IMG/VR virus record: IMGVR_UViG_3300050821_009780 | Location: 64,001-128,000 of that record | Source of the DNA: a virus | Reading direction: 5' to 3' (one strand) | DNA: 64,000 nucleotides | Shown: piece after piece, positions 10,501 through 18,769 of the stretch | Numbering within the stretch: the first letter of the stretch is position 1 | How the letters are laid out: every line of letters starts with the position of its first letter | Translations under genes and position numbers: made by a program | The notes under the pieces: generated by a model | The model's input: only the letters and a program-made list of their open reading frames with translations | Database searches by the model: none | What the model was told of the DNA's origin: nothing

Positions 10501-12951
10501 CGGCTCGTCTGCCGGGATAGGGACCGGAGACCCTCCTGGCCCGAGTCCGGGTGCCTCCGGCTCCGGAGCAGCAGGCGGCTCCTCGGCGGGCTTGACGCCC
10601 TGCTTCAGGTAGAGCAGCACCGACTCCGGCTCGCGCGGGAACAAGGTGCCGCCCGGGGCGTGCATGAGCACCCGGTGGTCCGGGGTGACCTCGTAGAACA
10701 GCTCGCCGGGGGCACCGAGGGTGCCCTCAGTCGGCTTGGAGGTGGTGGTCTCCCAGCTGCCGGCGTCGTTCTTGTAGAGGTACTGCTTAGTATCCAGCGC
10801 GCTGGTGTAGACCAGCAGCCGGGCCAGGTGCTGGGCCAGGGTCGTCGCCTCGTGCGGGTTGTAGAGATCTGTCGGCTGAAGGTCGGTCAGCTTCTCGTCG
10901 ATCTCCTTCCACTGCGGGTTCTTCTTCCACTGCGCCGCCGTCGCCCAGTCCGGCAGCCGGGCGGCGGCGGACGGCTCGGGGGCCTGCTCCGCAGCGGCCT
11001 GGGACTTATCCTGCGCGGCCTCGGTCCCGCCCTGCGGCTCCAGCCAGATGTGCACAGCATTCCACAGCAGCGTGTCGGCGCTGGTCGGCTCGCCGCCGAA
11101 CATGTCGTGGTAAGTGGCCTTCAGCTGCGGGGTGACCTTGTAGTACGGCACACCATCTGGAGCAACCGGCTGGACTCCGAACTGGCCCGCCACGGGCGTC
11201 GTATAGTAGTCCTGGCCGAAGTCCGCGGCGTTCTGCGCGGCCTTGGCCATGGCACCATACGCAGTGCTGTACCAGCTCTTCTTGATGTTGCCGTTCTTGG
11301 CCAGGTCGTACAGCTCGGCGGCCTCGGTGTGCCCGGTGGCGTCGTCGGCCTTGGCGAGCAGCCCGGCCTTCTCGGTCAGCGCGGCGATGAACACCGTCTT
11401 GGCGTAGCCGAAGTGCTGCTGCTTGGTGCCCTTCTGCTGCGGCAGGTGCTCGGTATCGGGGTGCTGGTCCTCGTAGGCGTGGATGACGGCCCAGTAGTCG
11501 GACTCGGCGAGGGGGTTGCCCTTGGCCTTGAGCACCTGCTTGATCGCGGTGGACTTGGCGGCGGTCAGCGCGTCCACCGCATCCTGCACCTGCTCGGCGG
11601 TGGCGGTGACCCCGCCCAGCTCGAAGGTGTGCGGGGTGAGTAGCTGAGCGTGCTCCGCCTCGGCCTGCACCTTGTCCTGGGCGGCCTGCAGCGCATCCTG
11701 CTCGGCCTCGGTGTGCGCCAGGTGCGCGGCCCGCCCGGCCAGGTGGTGGATGACCGCCGACTTGACCTGCCCGACGTGCTCCTTCTTAGTGCCGGGAGCG
11801 ACCTTCAGCTCGGGGTGCTTGCTCAGTTCCTGCTGAGCTACCTGGTGGTAGTCCATCGCTGCCAGCGCGTGGCCGGCCTTGGCGAGGGGCTGCTTGACGG
11901 CGGTGGACTTGTCGTCCTGGAGGATTTTCAGGGCATGCTGGATCTCGTCCTTGGTGACGGCGAGCGGCGGGCCCTCCTTAGCAGCAACCTCGGCCTTAAG
12001 CTTGCCGGGCTGGCTCTCGCCAGGGACGGGCAGCGGCGCGTGCTGCTCCGCCTGGTCGTCGTCCGGGACAATGGCACCAGCCTTGAGCCAGGCGTCCTGA
12101 TGCTGCTCGGCTGGCTCCTTAACCACCTCGCCGCTGTGGAGCACAAGGTGCCAGGCACCTTGCGGGTCCTTAGCCCACTTGCCGTGCAGGTTCTTATCAT
12201 CCGCGTTGACTGCCTTGTAGACCTTCCAGTCAGCGGGTACCCAGGCGGCGTGCTTGCCGTTAAAGCTGACCGATTTCTGCGGCGGTGCCTCGTCCAGCTT
12301 CTTCCAGTGCTGGGCGAGGATCTCCTGAGCGGTCTTAGCGGTCGGCAGGGCCGACGAATCGGCCGGGTGGTCCGAGTGGAACAGGACGTGCTCGGCAGGC
12401 TTGCCGTCCTGATCCTTCTTGACGATAACCTTGGGCGCGGCCTTGACCGCCGCCGGGTTGTGCACGTCGGTGCTGTTCGGCACGTGCACATCGAGGTCCT
12501 TGTGCACGGCGAACTCGTGGTTGCCGGACTGGACCCACTTGTGGGTGCCGGCCTCGACCGCCTGGTGCGCGTCCTTGTCGGCCTTATCCGGGTCCTTCCA
12601 CTGGTTGGCGACCCACTTGGCCTCGGAGGTGTCGTAGATGAAGTGCGACGGAGCGCCCTTGACGTAGTGGGCGGTGCCGCCGTGCGCCTCGGAGGGAGCG
12701 TGCTGCGGGTGCGGGATGATCAAGCTGCCGATGGGGGCCTTGTAGAACGCCTCGCCGAGAGCGGAGGCGACCTTCTTCGGCGGCCCGTGCTGCCCCTGCA
12801 GCCCGGCAGCCTTCTGCGCGGCATCTTGGGCAGCCTCGGTGGTGGCTGCGGCCTGCTGGGCGATGGTGGCCCCGGGCAGCGCCGCAGCGGCGGGGTTGCC
12901 TGCCAGGTAAAGCAGCCCGAGCGTCAGGGCCTGCTGCTTCGTGAGGGCCAC
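4558..12951 (-). CDS. Giant polyvalent virion-type protein (2797 aa): internal repeats, HipA/PI3K-like kinase, Nudix hydrolase, possible C-terminal ADP-ribosyltransferase-like domain
   Basis: Kinase motifs WYVKP...EHAANRL...DWVLSNDD...NNMI...IDKG (~7400-8100); Nudix box GGADPGETSLQAAVRETAEEMG (~7160-7225); C-terminal GG.GYVFTR...SNETMI; located just after MuF and portal. Confidence 0.8.
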   Translation of the reverse strand: MALTKQQALTLGLLYLAGNPAAAALPGATIAQQAAATTEAAQDAAQKAAGLQGQHGPPKKVASALGEAFYKAPIGSLIIPHPQHAPSEAHGGTAHYVKGAPSHFIYDTSEAKWVANQWKDPDKADKDAHQAVEAGTHKWVQSGNHEFAVHKDLDVHVPNSTDVHNPAAVKAAPKVIVKKDQDGKPAEHVLFHSDHPADSSALPTAKTAQEILAQHWKKLDEAPPQKSVSFNGKHAAWVPADWKVYKAVNADDKNLHGKWAKDPQGAWHLVLHSGEVVKEPAEQHQDAWLKAGAIVPDDDQAEQHAPLPVPGESQPGKLKAEVAAKEGPPLAVTKDEIQHALKILQDDKSTAVKQPLAKAGHALAAMDYHQVAQQELSKHPELKVAPGTKKEHVGQVKSAVIHHLAGRAAHLAHTEAEQDALQAAQDKVQAEAEHAQLLTPHTFELGGVTATAEQVQDAVDALTAAKSTAIKQVLKAKGNPLAESDYWAVIHAYEDQHPDTEHLPQQKGTKQQHFGYAKTVFIAALTEKAGLLAKADDATGHTEAAELYDLAKNGNIKKSWYSTAYGAMAKAAQNAADFGQDYYTTPVAGQFGVQPVAPDGVPYYKVTPQLKATYHDMFGGEPTSADTLLWNAVHIWLEPQGGTEAAQDKSQAAAEQAPEPSAAARLPDWATAAQWKKNPQWKEIDEKLTDLQPTDLYNPHEATTLAQHLARLLVYTSALDTKQYLYKNDAGSWETTTSKPTEGTLGAPGELFYEVTPDHRVLMHAPGGTLFPREPESVLLYLKQGVKPAEEPPAAPEPEAPGLGPGGSPVPIPADEPSYKPAESPVPALKGGVLVGEFPPGSVVYEKTGPYGGAYARDPSGQWWYIQSYSGNTQVKKAPSYYVSDKDLNGSSLTPKEPPSVEEAAHGKEVADALKTVSFGAMTAGQAISEHGSEKLFPTWLLAAAYKLAEKGSQGSDTEYISHEYGNWHGGYLQSSTDEYYKVNPLTLEVSYHPQGGDLAAPSPELQDQLLQAVKANVVPAAVNVDGKLFGAGYWKNPKGKSYLHVQPVKVGGYNSDFWKYGTKAWGKYIYFATDGSSKELTPAAAAKQLEKATQYSSVPFPQAGQPPDQVAYATVLAPASDLKLWSGAGKAPETAGELVVFSDGSAQWKSNDGAAPNVVPDYTVDALMQSGTVLDKYGTTVVEPGTKPTGYHIWGSDIKTRDEIQALLDTLNNSPGLQFVPEFQKFLAGDDFVKWNSYKGFGKQFMADHQGDTGDKQKAAVTGLLTELLAVPGLPEGAEVSKVEPGAVPAKAAKAEKSEGPVFLKTMPEGVTSAKDIFTFTPQGWAQPYTGFLPDSGMLGTKTETIAKIKDISQQFGKGQVVGTHLSSLSAYDLLLWAKAWKAGDMKAVFELDAKGGKVSPAHPGAPDNTETHQVTWSPLDPHQVPASQDIPGTWSSAGLANLPAAEVANYLIKMGFQHAEHLYPYEREMVVKAHRGHDQAAVDQLTGTANDRFGQGQSPKTEPPVWTDGLQPANAYDAYVQASTPADEWSETAVQAFADDHEAEVTPYLQQLADEMGNTLAYVLDYTFYKKQAIQKWLDNEHVKAVAEQSVPVWKKIPTGDMPSHGHEVWKATRTIPYTGETSTWYVKPAPPSSSAGGGLFRLEQEHAANRLGKLFGFRTAESQLLTDPAFGGSPVQAQKAIPGEPLGYYTDLPPWSAFTPAQVADIASEHLLDWVLSNDDSSANNMIKTPDGHIAGIDKGRAWGNMDWPGLAGTSAMDTMTQLVYTRLYDGIRNHQVTKDAADQAFLQVIQQARKIQNVSDASVQNILEQGFAHRTKFGSLGSRQALIDEVLRRKNSLADDFTKLWAQVYQDAGYAGASSDFGKSSPWGDAPGHNPRYGLVVFNDQGQVQLREVKNHYNSTAWSFSKGGADPGETSLQAAVRETAEEMGARYQPVGYVPGAFTGTQSTSYFYLAKAEGAVATPELDNGETEQTKWVALEEAKQLLAQSESKTVAARDQAILDAALKAWQALPPDKPVLKQGSVTGLPEVPVQRLPDAHGAPLHSGFSEPGLLDHVAAAKSHGVPAFFGGPELRDMHVLLWQQNDGQGAKVTHGETFLKGTAYDKVIGWLKSHSGKDAAPADDTTVSYPADSYGPGKAPYDSPDRGGLAGEKNYYNTIITAARSVTMHKTDGQYNQGKLDAMAEVQQKLQLVQQAAEAVVGAHPDSTDPGVQQSRNLLDMAQTYLSHIAAVLDAKAGSFGFGEGDLPRWLPKSTPKPEVKDELSALGIKLQAGTASKHDKGSIDETTGEFNPGSYTSAHQDPGKFWRMTLPDGEQIEFGDGQDTGVKVSHWGRVRFTSKDGSAASLERVRAALQLAGLDMREAEVPDFELFYWRHLLSVMNDRADSKDQPVWKVLQERLGTAYPVVGGAKPGKNEHRKIIAALETLGKADPQAEVRAYRDAFATLTSPAQVADWAERGGFFPRQKHFDPTAPAVVGGKPDWYRFDLAAKVKSLPMPIRQSSSGSAASYIVKAGGSYGKDALIRVAGTEAGGLGNPYESGGPGYVFTRLNVTDNRAAVFSPLTLARTRNYSYDNDYFGNQIPYSEGGYSAEGVYRRKDAHWNPDVWRKYSGGSNETMISDALSLLDDVELVQSSYAEDRAELIAYLKNHGITEIRYLPVEDRIVQHIGKASVDKVKANLAAHPELLDPLAESQVYTGATEPSAQAAESGQAAAQQAAQETGAAPPTVSELLGQITDLNWVKGGGEAYPTWKNGDLQVEKATYGGYMTYDGTEYLGTFDTLQEAKDAAVSGGEGPPF

Positions 12952-12961
12952 CGTACTCCCC

Positions 12962-13180
12962 TCACTCGTCCGACAGGTACAGCCCGGGCACCTTCTCCAG
13001 CAGCCGGGTCACCATCTCAAGATCGGGGCCGGTGACGGTCAGGCCCTCGCGGTGCAGCTGCTCCAGCGAATCAGGCCCGAAGTCGAACTCCGCCTGGCTG
13101 CCGCGACCGTACTCGGCCAGCGCAATGAACGCGTTCGCGTAAGAGACGGTGCTCGCGGCACGGTACCGGACGGTGGTCAC
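12962..13180 (-). CDS. Hypothetical protein (72 aa)
   Basis: Fills the gap between MuF and the giant ORF; GTGA overlap. Confidence 0.55.
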   Translation of the reverse strand: MTTVRYRAASTVSYANAFIALAEYGRGSQAEFDFGPDSLEQLHREGLTVTGPDLEMVTRLLEKVPGLYLSDE

Positions 13181-14187
13181 GTCCCTAGTACCTTCCGCAG
13201 CCGGGACAGTGCCTGACCCAGCTCGTGGGTGGCGGCCTTGAGGAAGTGCAGCAGCGCCTGGTACTTGTCCTCGGGCAACTCCCGGACATCGGAGGCGGCC
13301 AGGAGGCTGCCGGAACCTGGCCGGTCCGGGCTACCTGAGACTTTCTGATGGGGAGCAGCAGCAGTCTTGGCGCCCCCCTGGCCGCTCCCTGATGGTACCT
13401 GCCCGGCCTGGGGCGGAGGAAGATCAGCGACAATCACTGCGCCGCACCGGCACCGGGGATGCCGGGGCGGGCCGCGCAGCACGCCGTGGTAGAGCCGGGG
13501 CGGGCGGGTGAGCCGCCCGTGCCCGGCCAGGTCGGCCGGCTCCCCGGCCGGGAAGTTGCCGTGCAGCGGGACGACCATGCCGTTCAGGGCCCGGCACCAG
13601 TGGCAGGTGCGGGCATCGGGCGGCGCGGGCCAGGAACTGCACCGCCACTGCTTCCACACCCGCTCCCCGGACTCCTCGCGCAGGGTGCCGTCGGCGATCT
13701 CCTTCTCGGTGCGAGCGGCGACGGCAGCGGACTCCAGGGACAGCCGGTTGCGGAGCGCCAGCTCGAAGCCGACCTGGAGGACGGCAGCCCGGACGTGCGC
13801 GGCGCGCTCGCGGGCGGACTCGGCGACCGGGGCCTGGCGGGGCGGGGTGACGCCCGCCCGGAAGTGCCGGGTTTCCACCGAGGTGTGAGCGGCCCGGATC
13901 TCCGCCCGCAGGCGGCCGAGCGCATCATAGGAGCGGTCCACGTCGTCCACCAGCCAGGACAGGTAGTCGTGCGGTGGCCCCCCGGCGGCAGCCCACGCCT
14001 GGCGCACCGCCTCGGCAGCGGTCTCCCGGGCGCGATCGAGGGTCTCCTGGAGCACCGCGTCCACGTCCGGGCGGGTCAGCAGGGCGGAAGCGGACCCCTG
14101 CGGGTTGTTCTGCACCAGCAGCCCGATATACCGGGCGGCGTAGGCGAACGCCTCACGGACGCTGCGGCTCAGCTCCTCCGGGGTCAC
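13177..14187 (-). CDS. MuF / SPP1 gp7-like minor head protein
   Basis: WKQW...DARTCHWCRALNG...PPRHPRCRC motif; near the portal. Confidence 0.75.
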   Translation of the reverse strand: MTPEELSRSVREAFAYAARYIGLLVQNNPQGSASALLTRPDVDAVLQETLDRARETAAEAVRQAWAAAGGPPHDYLSWLVDDVDRSYDALGRLRAEIRAAHTSVETRHFRAGVTPPRQAPVAESARERAAHVRAAVLQVGFELALRNRLSLESAAVAARTEKEIADGTLREESGERVWKQWRCSSWPAPPDARTCHWCRALNGMVVPLHGNFPAGEPADLAGHGRLTRPPRLYHGVLRGPPRHPRCRCGAVIVADLPPPQAGQVPSGSGQGGAKTAAAPHQKVSGSPDRPGSGSLLAASDVRELPEDKYQALLHFLKAATHELGQALSRLRKVLGT

Positions 14188-14476
14188 GCTGCGGATGATC
14201 GCCCGACGCCGCCTCGTAGGCGGCGTGCAGCTGCTCGTACTGCCGATAGTCCACCCGCCCGGAGTGGAAGGCGCTGTTCACCTCGCCGAAGCTGCCCGGC
14301 GGCGGCAGCTCGCCCAGCTGCCCGATGGCATCGGCGAGCCTGGTCTGGAAGGCGGTCTTGCCGGCGGCGCGGGGCCAGTTCATGCCGCGGACCTGGGCGC
14401 AGGCTTCGGCGAGGCTGATGCGCCCGTTCTCCAGGTCGTCGAGCAGCGCGGACAGCCGCTTCTCCTGATCGCTCAC
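14153..14476 (-). CDS. Small helical protein after the zeta-domain gene (possible antitoxin)
   Basis: VSDQEKRLSALLDDLENG..., GTGA overlap with the upstream stop. Confidence 0.5.
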   Translation of the reverse strand: MSDQEKRLSALLDDLENGRISLAEACAQVRGMNWPRAAGKTAFQTRLADAIGQLGELPPPGSFGEVNSAFHSGRVDYRQYEQLHAAYEAASGDHPQRDPGGAEPQRP

Positions 14477-17022
14477 GGTGCCCCCGGAGACTCGATGCCG
14501 GCCACCACCATGGCCGCCTTCCATGCATCCTCGCTGAACCCCGGCTCCGTGCTGGCCTGCTCGCGGACAGCATCCAGATCCAGGTCGTCCATCCCCGTGC
14601 CGGCGGTCATAGCTACCTGCCCCTTCTCCGCTGCCCGGGCCTGCGCCTCGGTAGCCCCTACGTACTCCATGATGTGGTAGTCCGGGTGATCGAACTTCTC
14701 CGTGTTCCAATCCGGTGCGGCCAGCGCCGGGTCGAACGGGAAGACCTGCTTGTCCCGGAACCCGAGCGACGCGTACAGCTTGGGCAGCACGGGACCGTAC
14801 GCCTCGATGTAGTTCGCCCCGTGCTCACTGACGGCCAGCCTGAGCAGCGCCAGCCCGGTGCCCTTATCCCCGGAGGTGTTGAACAGCCCGGTCGGCTCGA
14901 TGCGCCCATCCTTGTGGTCGTGGATGAGTATCCCGGCCTTCCCGCCGGCTGCGAGGATAGCTGTCATGCCCGCGTTCCTGATGTCCGCTGCGGTGTAGTG
15001 GTTGACGAAGGCACTGTACGGGCTGCCCTCGAATGCCTTGTTGAGCGTGCTCGCGAACTCCTCGGGGCTGGCCAGCCGAGTGCCGGGCGGCCCCGACCCG
15101 GCGGCGCGGGCTGCCTCCTGCGCCCGGGCCTCCTTGCTGCCGGGCTGCAGCGTGCGCAGCAGCGCCTCCACCGACGGGATGCCGGCGGGCACGGACGGCG
15201 CGGACTTCTCCGCCAGCCTGGGCGCGGTCCCGTTGTTGTCCCAGAGCTGCCAGTCGGCGAACCGGGACTTCAGCGCCTCGAAGACGAGCTTGTTGCGGGT
15301 GATGCCGCGGACGACCTCCTGGGAGCGGATCAAGTCGGGCGGCACGTACCGGCCGCCGAGCGGATCGCGTCCCTCCCGGTAGGCTTCCAGGCCCTGCCGG
15401 TAGCGCTTAGCGGCGCGCTGCACGGCCCGTTCCACCGGGCTATCCACGAACACGCCGCGAGTGGTGTACCCGTGCTGCTCCAGGGCAGCGAGGCGCTGGG
15501 AGACGCTGGCCTCGTCGGCCATGGTGATATCCCAGGCGATGTTCTTGCCGCGCTCGGCCAGCAGCCGGGCGGCCTGGTCGGCCAGGTAGGACGACTCGTC
15601 GTGCACCAGCGGGGAGGCTTCCAGCGGGGACAGCCCGGCGACCTCGGGGACCAGCCCGCGCCGGGCCAGCTCGGCCTTGAAGTCGTCGGGGTTGACGACG
15701 GCGTAGTCGCGCAGGCTGATGTCCGGGATCTGCTTGAGCACGGTGGTCTTGCCGGCCCCGCCGAGCCCGCCCATGACCAGCGCCCGGTGCTCGGACGGCA
15801 CGGATACCTGCCTGGCCAGGAAGTCCTGGAGGATCTGCTGGTGCTCCAGGGCGCGCTGCGGCAGCCAGGAGTAGCCGCCGTCGCGGGAGTGCAGCACGGA
15901 GGTGGCCTGGCCCTTGCCGGCGGCGGCGTTGACCTTCTCCTGCACGTCGCGGGCGTGCACGGCGTACTGCTCGTCGGTGAGCGGCGCGTACTGGCCGGGG
16001 GCGGCCTGCCCGGCGGCAGCGGCACGGGCGGCGGCCTGCGCGGCGCGGGCGCCGGACTCGGCCTTGCGCAGCTCCCCGAGGTGGTCGCGGAGATCGGACT
16101 GCCGCTGGCTCTCCTCGCGCTGGGCGTAGCCTTCCAGCCGCCGGTTGGCCTGATCCAGCGCGGAGTCCTGGGGAGAGGGTGCCTGCTGCGGCAGCGGCTG
16201 CGGCACGTGCGCGTGCGCGTGCCGGCTGAGGGTGTCCCCGGCCAGCGGGGTGACGAACCGGGAGCCGAGGTGCGGGTGGACCGCCTGCGCGCCCGTGGGG
16301 GGCGGCGGCAGCTTAGGCGGCTCGGGCTGCACGGCCGGGTGCTGCGGGCCCTCCTGAAGCCGCTCCGCCGCGCGGGCGGCCCGTTCGGGGACGGCCCCGG
16401 TGAGGCGGCGGGTGCGGGTGGACCTGACCCCGGACTGCTTGTCGATGTCCCGCATCCGGGACTGGACGTGGGAGATGCTATCGCGGACAGACTGCTTCTG
16501 CTGGTCGGTCTCCGCACGGGGCAGCAGCTGCTCGGCGGCGGTCCGGTGCGCCTCGTGCAGCTGCTCGTAGCCCTTGGCCAGAGCGGGACTATCCGGGTCG
16601 GACAGGTGCTGGTGGGCGGCGTCCACGTGCCCGGCGAACTTCTCAGCAGACGGCTTGTCGATATCGTGGAAGCGCTGGCTGCCCCACAGCGCCTGGCCCT
16701 TCTTCGCCCACGCCTGCTGCGCGGCCAGCCACTTGGCCTGGCTGGTGTCGTCGATGACGTGGCCGGGGGCACCCTGGACGAAGTGCGGGTCGTGGCCGCC
16801 GGGGTGCGGCAGGTCGCTGCGCAGCTCGGTGTGCGCCTTGACGTGCTCGGGGATGACCTTGCCCTGCTTGGTCTTCTGCAGCCGGGAGAACGGCCGGACC
16901 TGGAAGCTGGCCAGCTCCAGCGCCTCCGGGTCGGCGGCCAGCTCCAGCGCCCGCCCGGCGCTGATCTCCTCGACCAGATCGCGGGCCAGCGCGGCCAGGG
17001 CCTCCTCGGCGGGACTGGTCAC
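14473..17022 (-). CDS. Polyvalent protein: zeta-toxin-like P-loop kinase plus C-terminal GNAT-like domain (849 aa)
   Basis: ALVMGGLGGAGKTT Walker A, VVNPDDFK, VHDESS, NIAWDITM, GGRYVP, LWDN (zeta family); GTGLALLRLAV...EAYGPVLPKLYASLGF (GNAT-like). Confidence 0.8.
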   Translation of the reverse strand: MTSPAEEALAALARDLVEEISAGRALELAADPEALELASFQVRPFSRLQKTKQGKVIPEHVKAHTELRSDLPHPGGHDPHFVQGAPGHVIDDTSQAKWLAAQQAWAKKGQALWGSQRFHDIDKPSAEKFAGHVDAAHQHLSDPDSPALAKGYEQLHEAHRTAAEQLLPRAETDQQKQSVRDSISHVQSRMRDIDKQSGVRSTRTRRLTGAVPERAARAAERLQEGPQHPAVQPEPPKLPPPPTGAQAVHPHLGSRFVTPLAGDTLSRHAHAHVPQPLPQQAPSPQDSALDQANRRLEGYAQREESQRQSDLRDHLGELRKAESGARAAQAAARAAAAGQAAPGQYAPLTDEQYAVHARDVQEKVNAAAGKGQATSVLHSRDGGYSWLPQRALEHQQILQDFLARQVSVPSEHRALVMGGLGGAGKTTVLKQIPDISLRDYAVVNPDDFKAELARRGLVPEVAGLSPLEASPLVHDESSYLADQAARLLAERGKNIAWDITMADEASVSQRLAALEQHGYTTRGVFVDSPVERAVQRAAKRYRQGLEAYREGRDPLGGRYVPPDLIRSQEVVRGITRNKLVFEALKSRFADWQLWDNNGTAPRLAEKSAPSVPAGIPSVEALLRTLQPGSKEARAQEAARAAGSGPPGTRLASPEEFASTLNKAFEGSPYSAFVNHYTAADIRNAGMTAILAAGGKAGILIHDHKDGRIEPTGLFNTSGDKGTGLALLRLAVSEHGANYIEAYGPVLPKLYASLGFRDKQVFPFDPALAAPDWNTEKFDHPDYHIMEYVGATEAQARAAEKGQVAMTAGTGMDDLDLDAVREQASTEPGFSEDAWKAAMVVAGIESPGAP

Positions 17023-17144
17023 GACTCGCTCCAGGTGCAGTTATTGCAGCACAGGAACTCCTCGCCGGAAGCTGTAACCTCGGTGCCTAGGTCAGCGCTG
17101 CCGCACCGGGGGCAGTGCTCCTCGCACTCAGCGGAATCCGGCAC
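17019..17144 (-). CDS. Tiny Zn-ribbon protein (41 aa, not in ORF track)
   Basis: VPDSAECEEHCPRCGSADLG...FLCCNNCTWSES, stop overlaps the zeta gene GTG. Confidence 0.5.
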   Translation of the reverse strand: MPDSAECEEHCPRCGSADLGTEVTASGEEFLCCNNCTWSES

Positions 17145-18723
17145 CGCTGCCTCCGCCCGACGGCCCCTGCCCGCTCACCGGCTGGCTGTTCCCGCCGCCT
17201 CCGCCTGCGGCGGGCTGCGGCGAGGGCACGGCGGGAGACTGGGCGGCCATGTTGCCGGCGGTGTTCCCGGCCATGACCGGCATGCCGCCCATCATCTGCT
17301 GCTGGGCCTGGTCCTGCATGAGCTTCTGCTGCTTCTCCCGGTCGGCCTTGATCTTGTCGTAGTCGATGTCGAACGCCAGCTCCTCGCTCATCCGCTGCTC
17401 CAGCTCCAGCATGAACTCAGGGGTGACGTTGGCACTCTGCCCTGCTACGGCCAGCTTGTCGAAGGTGTCCTGGATCGCGGCCTTCTGCTCGGCGGTGAGC
17501 GCCCCCCACTTGAACTCGGGGTACTTCTCGGAGCCGAAGTTCCAGTCCACGAACCGCGGGAAGATGCAGTTGTTAATGACCTCGGCCATCTCCTCCAGGA
17601 TGCCCTCCAGCATCATCATGAAGGTGGTGTCGTTCTGCTTGCCGAAGTCCACCAGGGTGGAGTCGCCCTGGCCGGCCCCCGCCCCGGAGTCGGAGTCGAA
17701 CCACTGGGCCAGCACCGACTTGGACATCTGGCTGTTGTGGTGGTTGATGAGGCCGAGGAAGTCGAACCGGGAACTGGTCTCGTTGATGGACTGCACCGTC
17801 CAGTCGGCGGACGGGACGACCATGTACTGGGCCAGGCCGAGCTGGGACAGCGCCCGGGTGAAGTTGTTCTTGTCCTGCGGGGTCGGGTTGGGCACCATGG
17901 TGCCGACCCGCAGCCCGACGGCGGCGCGCTGCGCGGCCAGGTGCGCGATGAAGTAGAGCTTTTCCTTCTTGTCGTAGTGGTAGAAGGCGCTCTCGAACAT
18001 GCTCACGCCGTAGAACGGGCGCTCGGCCTCGTCGTGGGCGAAGTAGACGGCGGTGTCCTTGGGGATCTTCACGTCGATGGTGCGGCCCTGGAAGAACGTG
18101 CGCTGCCGGAAGCCGTTCCACCGGCCCTGGCCGTCGAGCAGGAAGGTCAGCGTCTCGGCGGGGCGCCAGTCCAGGGCGCGCAGCGTGGTCTTGCCCTTGT
18201 TGGGGCCGGTCTTCGGGGTCCAGTAAATCATTTCCCAGGCGCTGAACCCGGAGAACAGGGCGAGCAGCATCTGCTTGACGAACCGGGTGAAGCTGAACTC
18301 CATGCCGCCCGCGGACGGCGGCAGGAACAGCAGATCCTTGCAGAACTGGGCTTCCTCGGTGCCGCCGACCACCCCGTCGCGGGGAATCACGTCGGAGTGC
18401 TTGAGGCTGGCGAGAATCGGCTTGGTGATGAGCCGGAACAGGGCCCGGGCCTGGCCGTCGCGCCGCCGCATGGTGACAAGCTGACGGACCGTGACTGGAT
18501 CGTCCCTGAATAGCTCCCAGCTATCCCGGTACGGAGTGGCGAACGGGAGAAAGTACGGGACACCGACGCTGAAGTTGTCCGCCTCGGGCGGCGGCTGGGG
18601 CAGGGCCTGCGCGTCCTCCAGGACATAGCCCTCCTGGCCGAACCCCTGGGACGTGACTCCCATACCGCCCGGAGGGGACAGCCGTCCCTCGGATGAGCCG
18701 AAGCCGCTACCTGGTGTCGTCAC
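17128..18723 (-). CDS. Portal protein (DUF935 / Mu gp29-like)
   Basis: MRRRDGQARAL, ALFSGFSAWEM, PFYGVSMFESAF, INHHNSQMSKSVL, FPRFVDWNFG...YPEF; downstream of terminase. Confidence 0.8.
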   Translation of the reverse strand: MTTPGSGFGSSEGRLSPPGGMGVTSQGFGQEGYVLEDAQALPQPPPEADNFSVGVPYFLPFATPYRDSWELFRDDPVTVRQLVTMRRRDGQARALFRLITKPILASLKHSDVIPRDGVVGGTEEAQFCKDLLFLPPSAGGMEFSFTRFVKQMLLALFSGFSAWEMIYWTPKTGPNKGKTTLRALDWRPAETLTFLLDGQGRWNGFRQRTFFQGRTIDVKIPKDTAVYFAHDEAERPFYGVSMFESAFYHYDKKEKLYFIAHLAAQRAAVGLRVGTMVPNPTPQDKNNFTRALSQLGLAQYMVVPSADWTVQSINETSSRFDFLGLINHHNSQMSKSVLAQWFDSDSGAGAGQGDSTLVDFGKQNDTTFMMMLEGILEEMAEVINNCIFPRFVDWNFGSEKYPEFKWGALTAEQKAAIQDTFDKLAVAGQSANVTPEFMLELEQRMSEELAFDIDYDKIKADREKQQKLMQDQAQQQMMGGMPVMAGNTAGNMAAQSPAVPSPQPAAGGGGGNSQPVSGQGPSGGGSGAGFR

Positions 18724-18769
18724 ACCGAGGTAGATCGGTGCCAAGCGGGCAGCTTATCCCCGCTAATCC

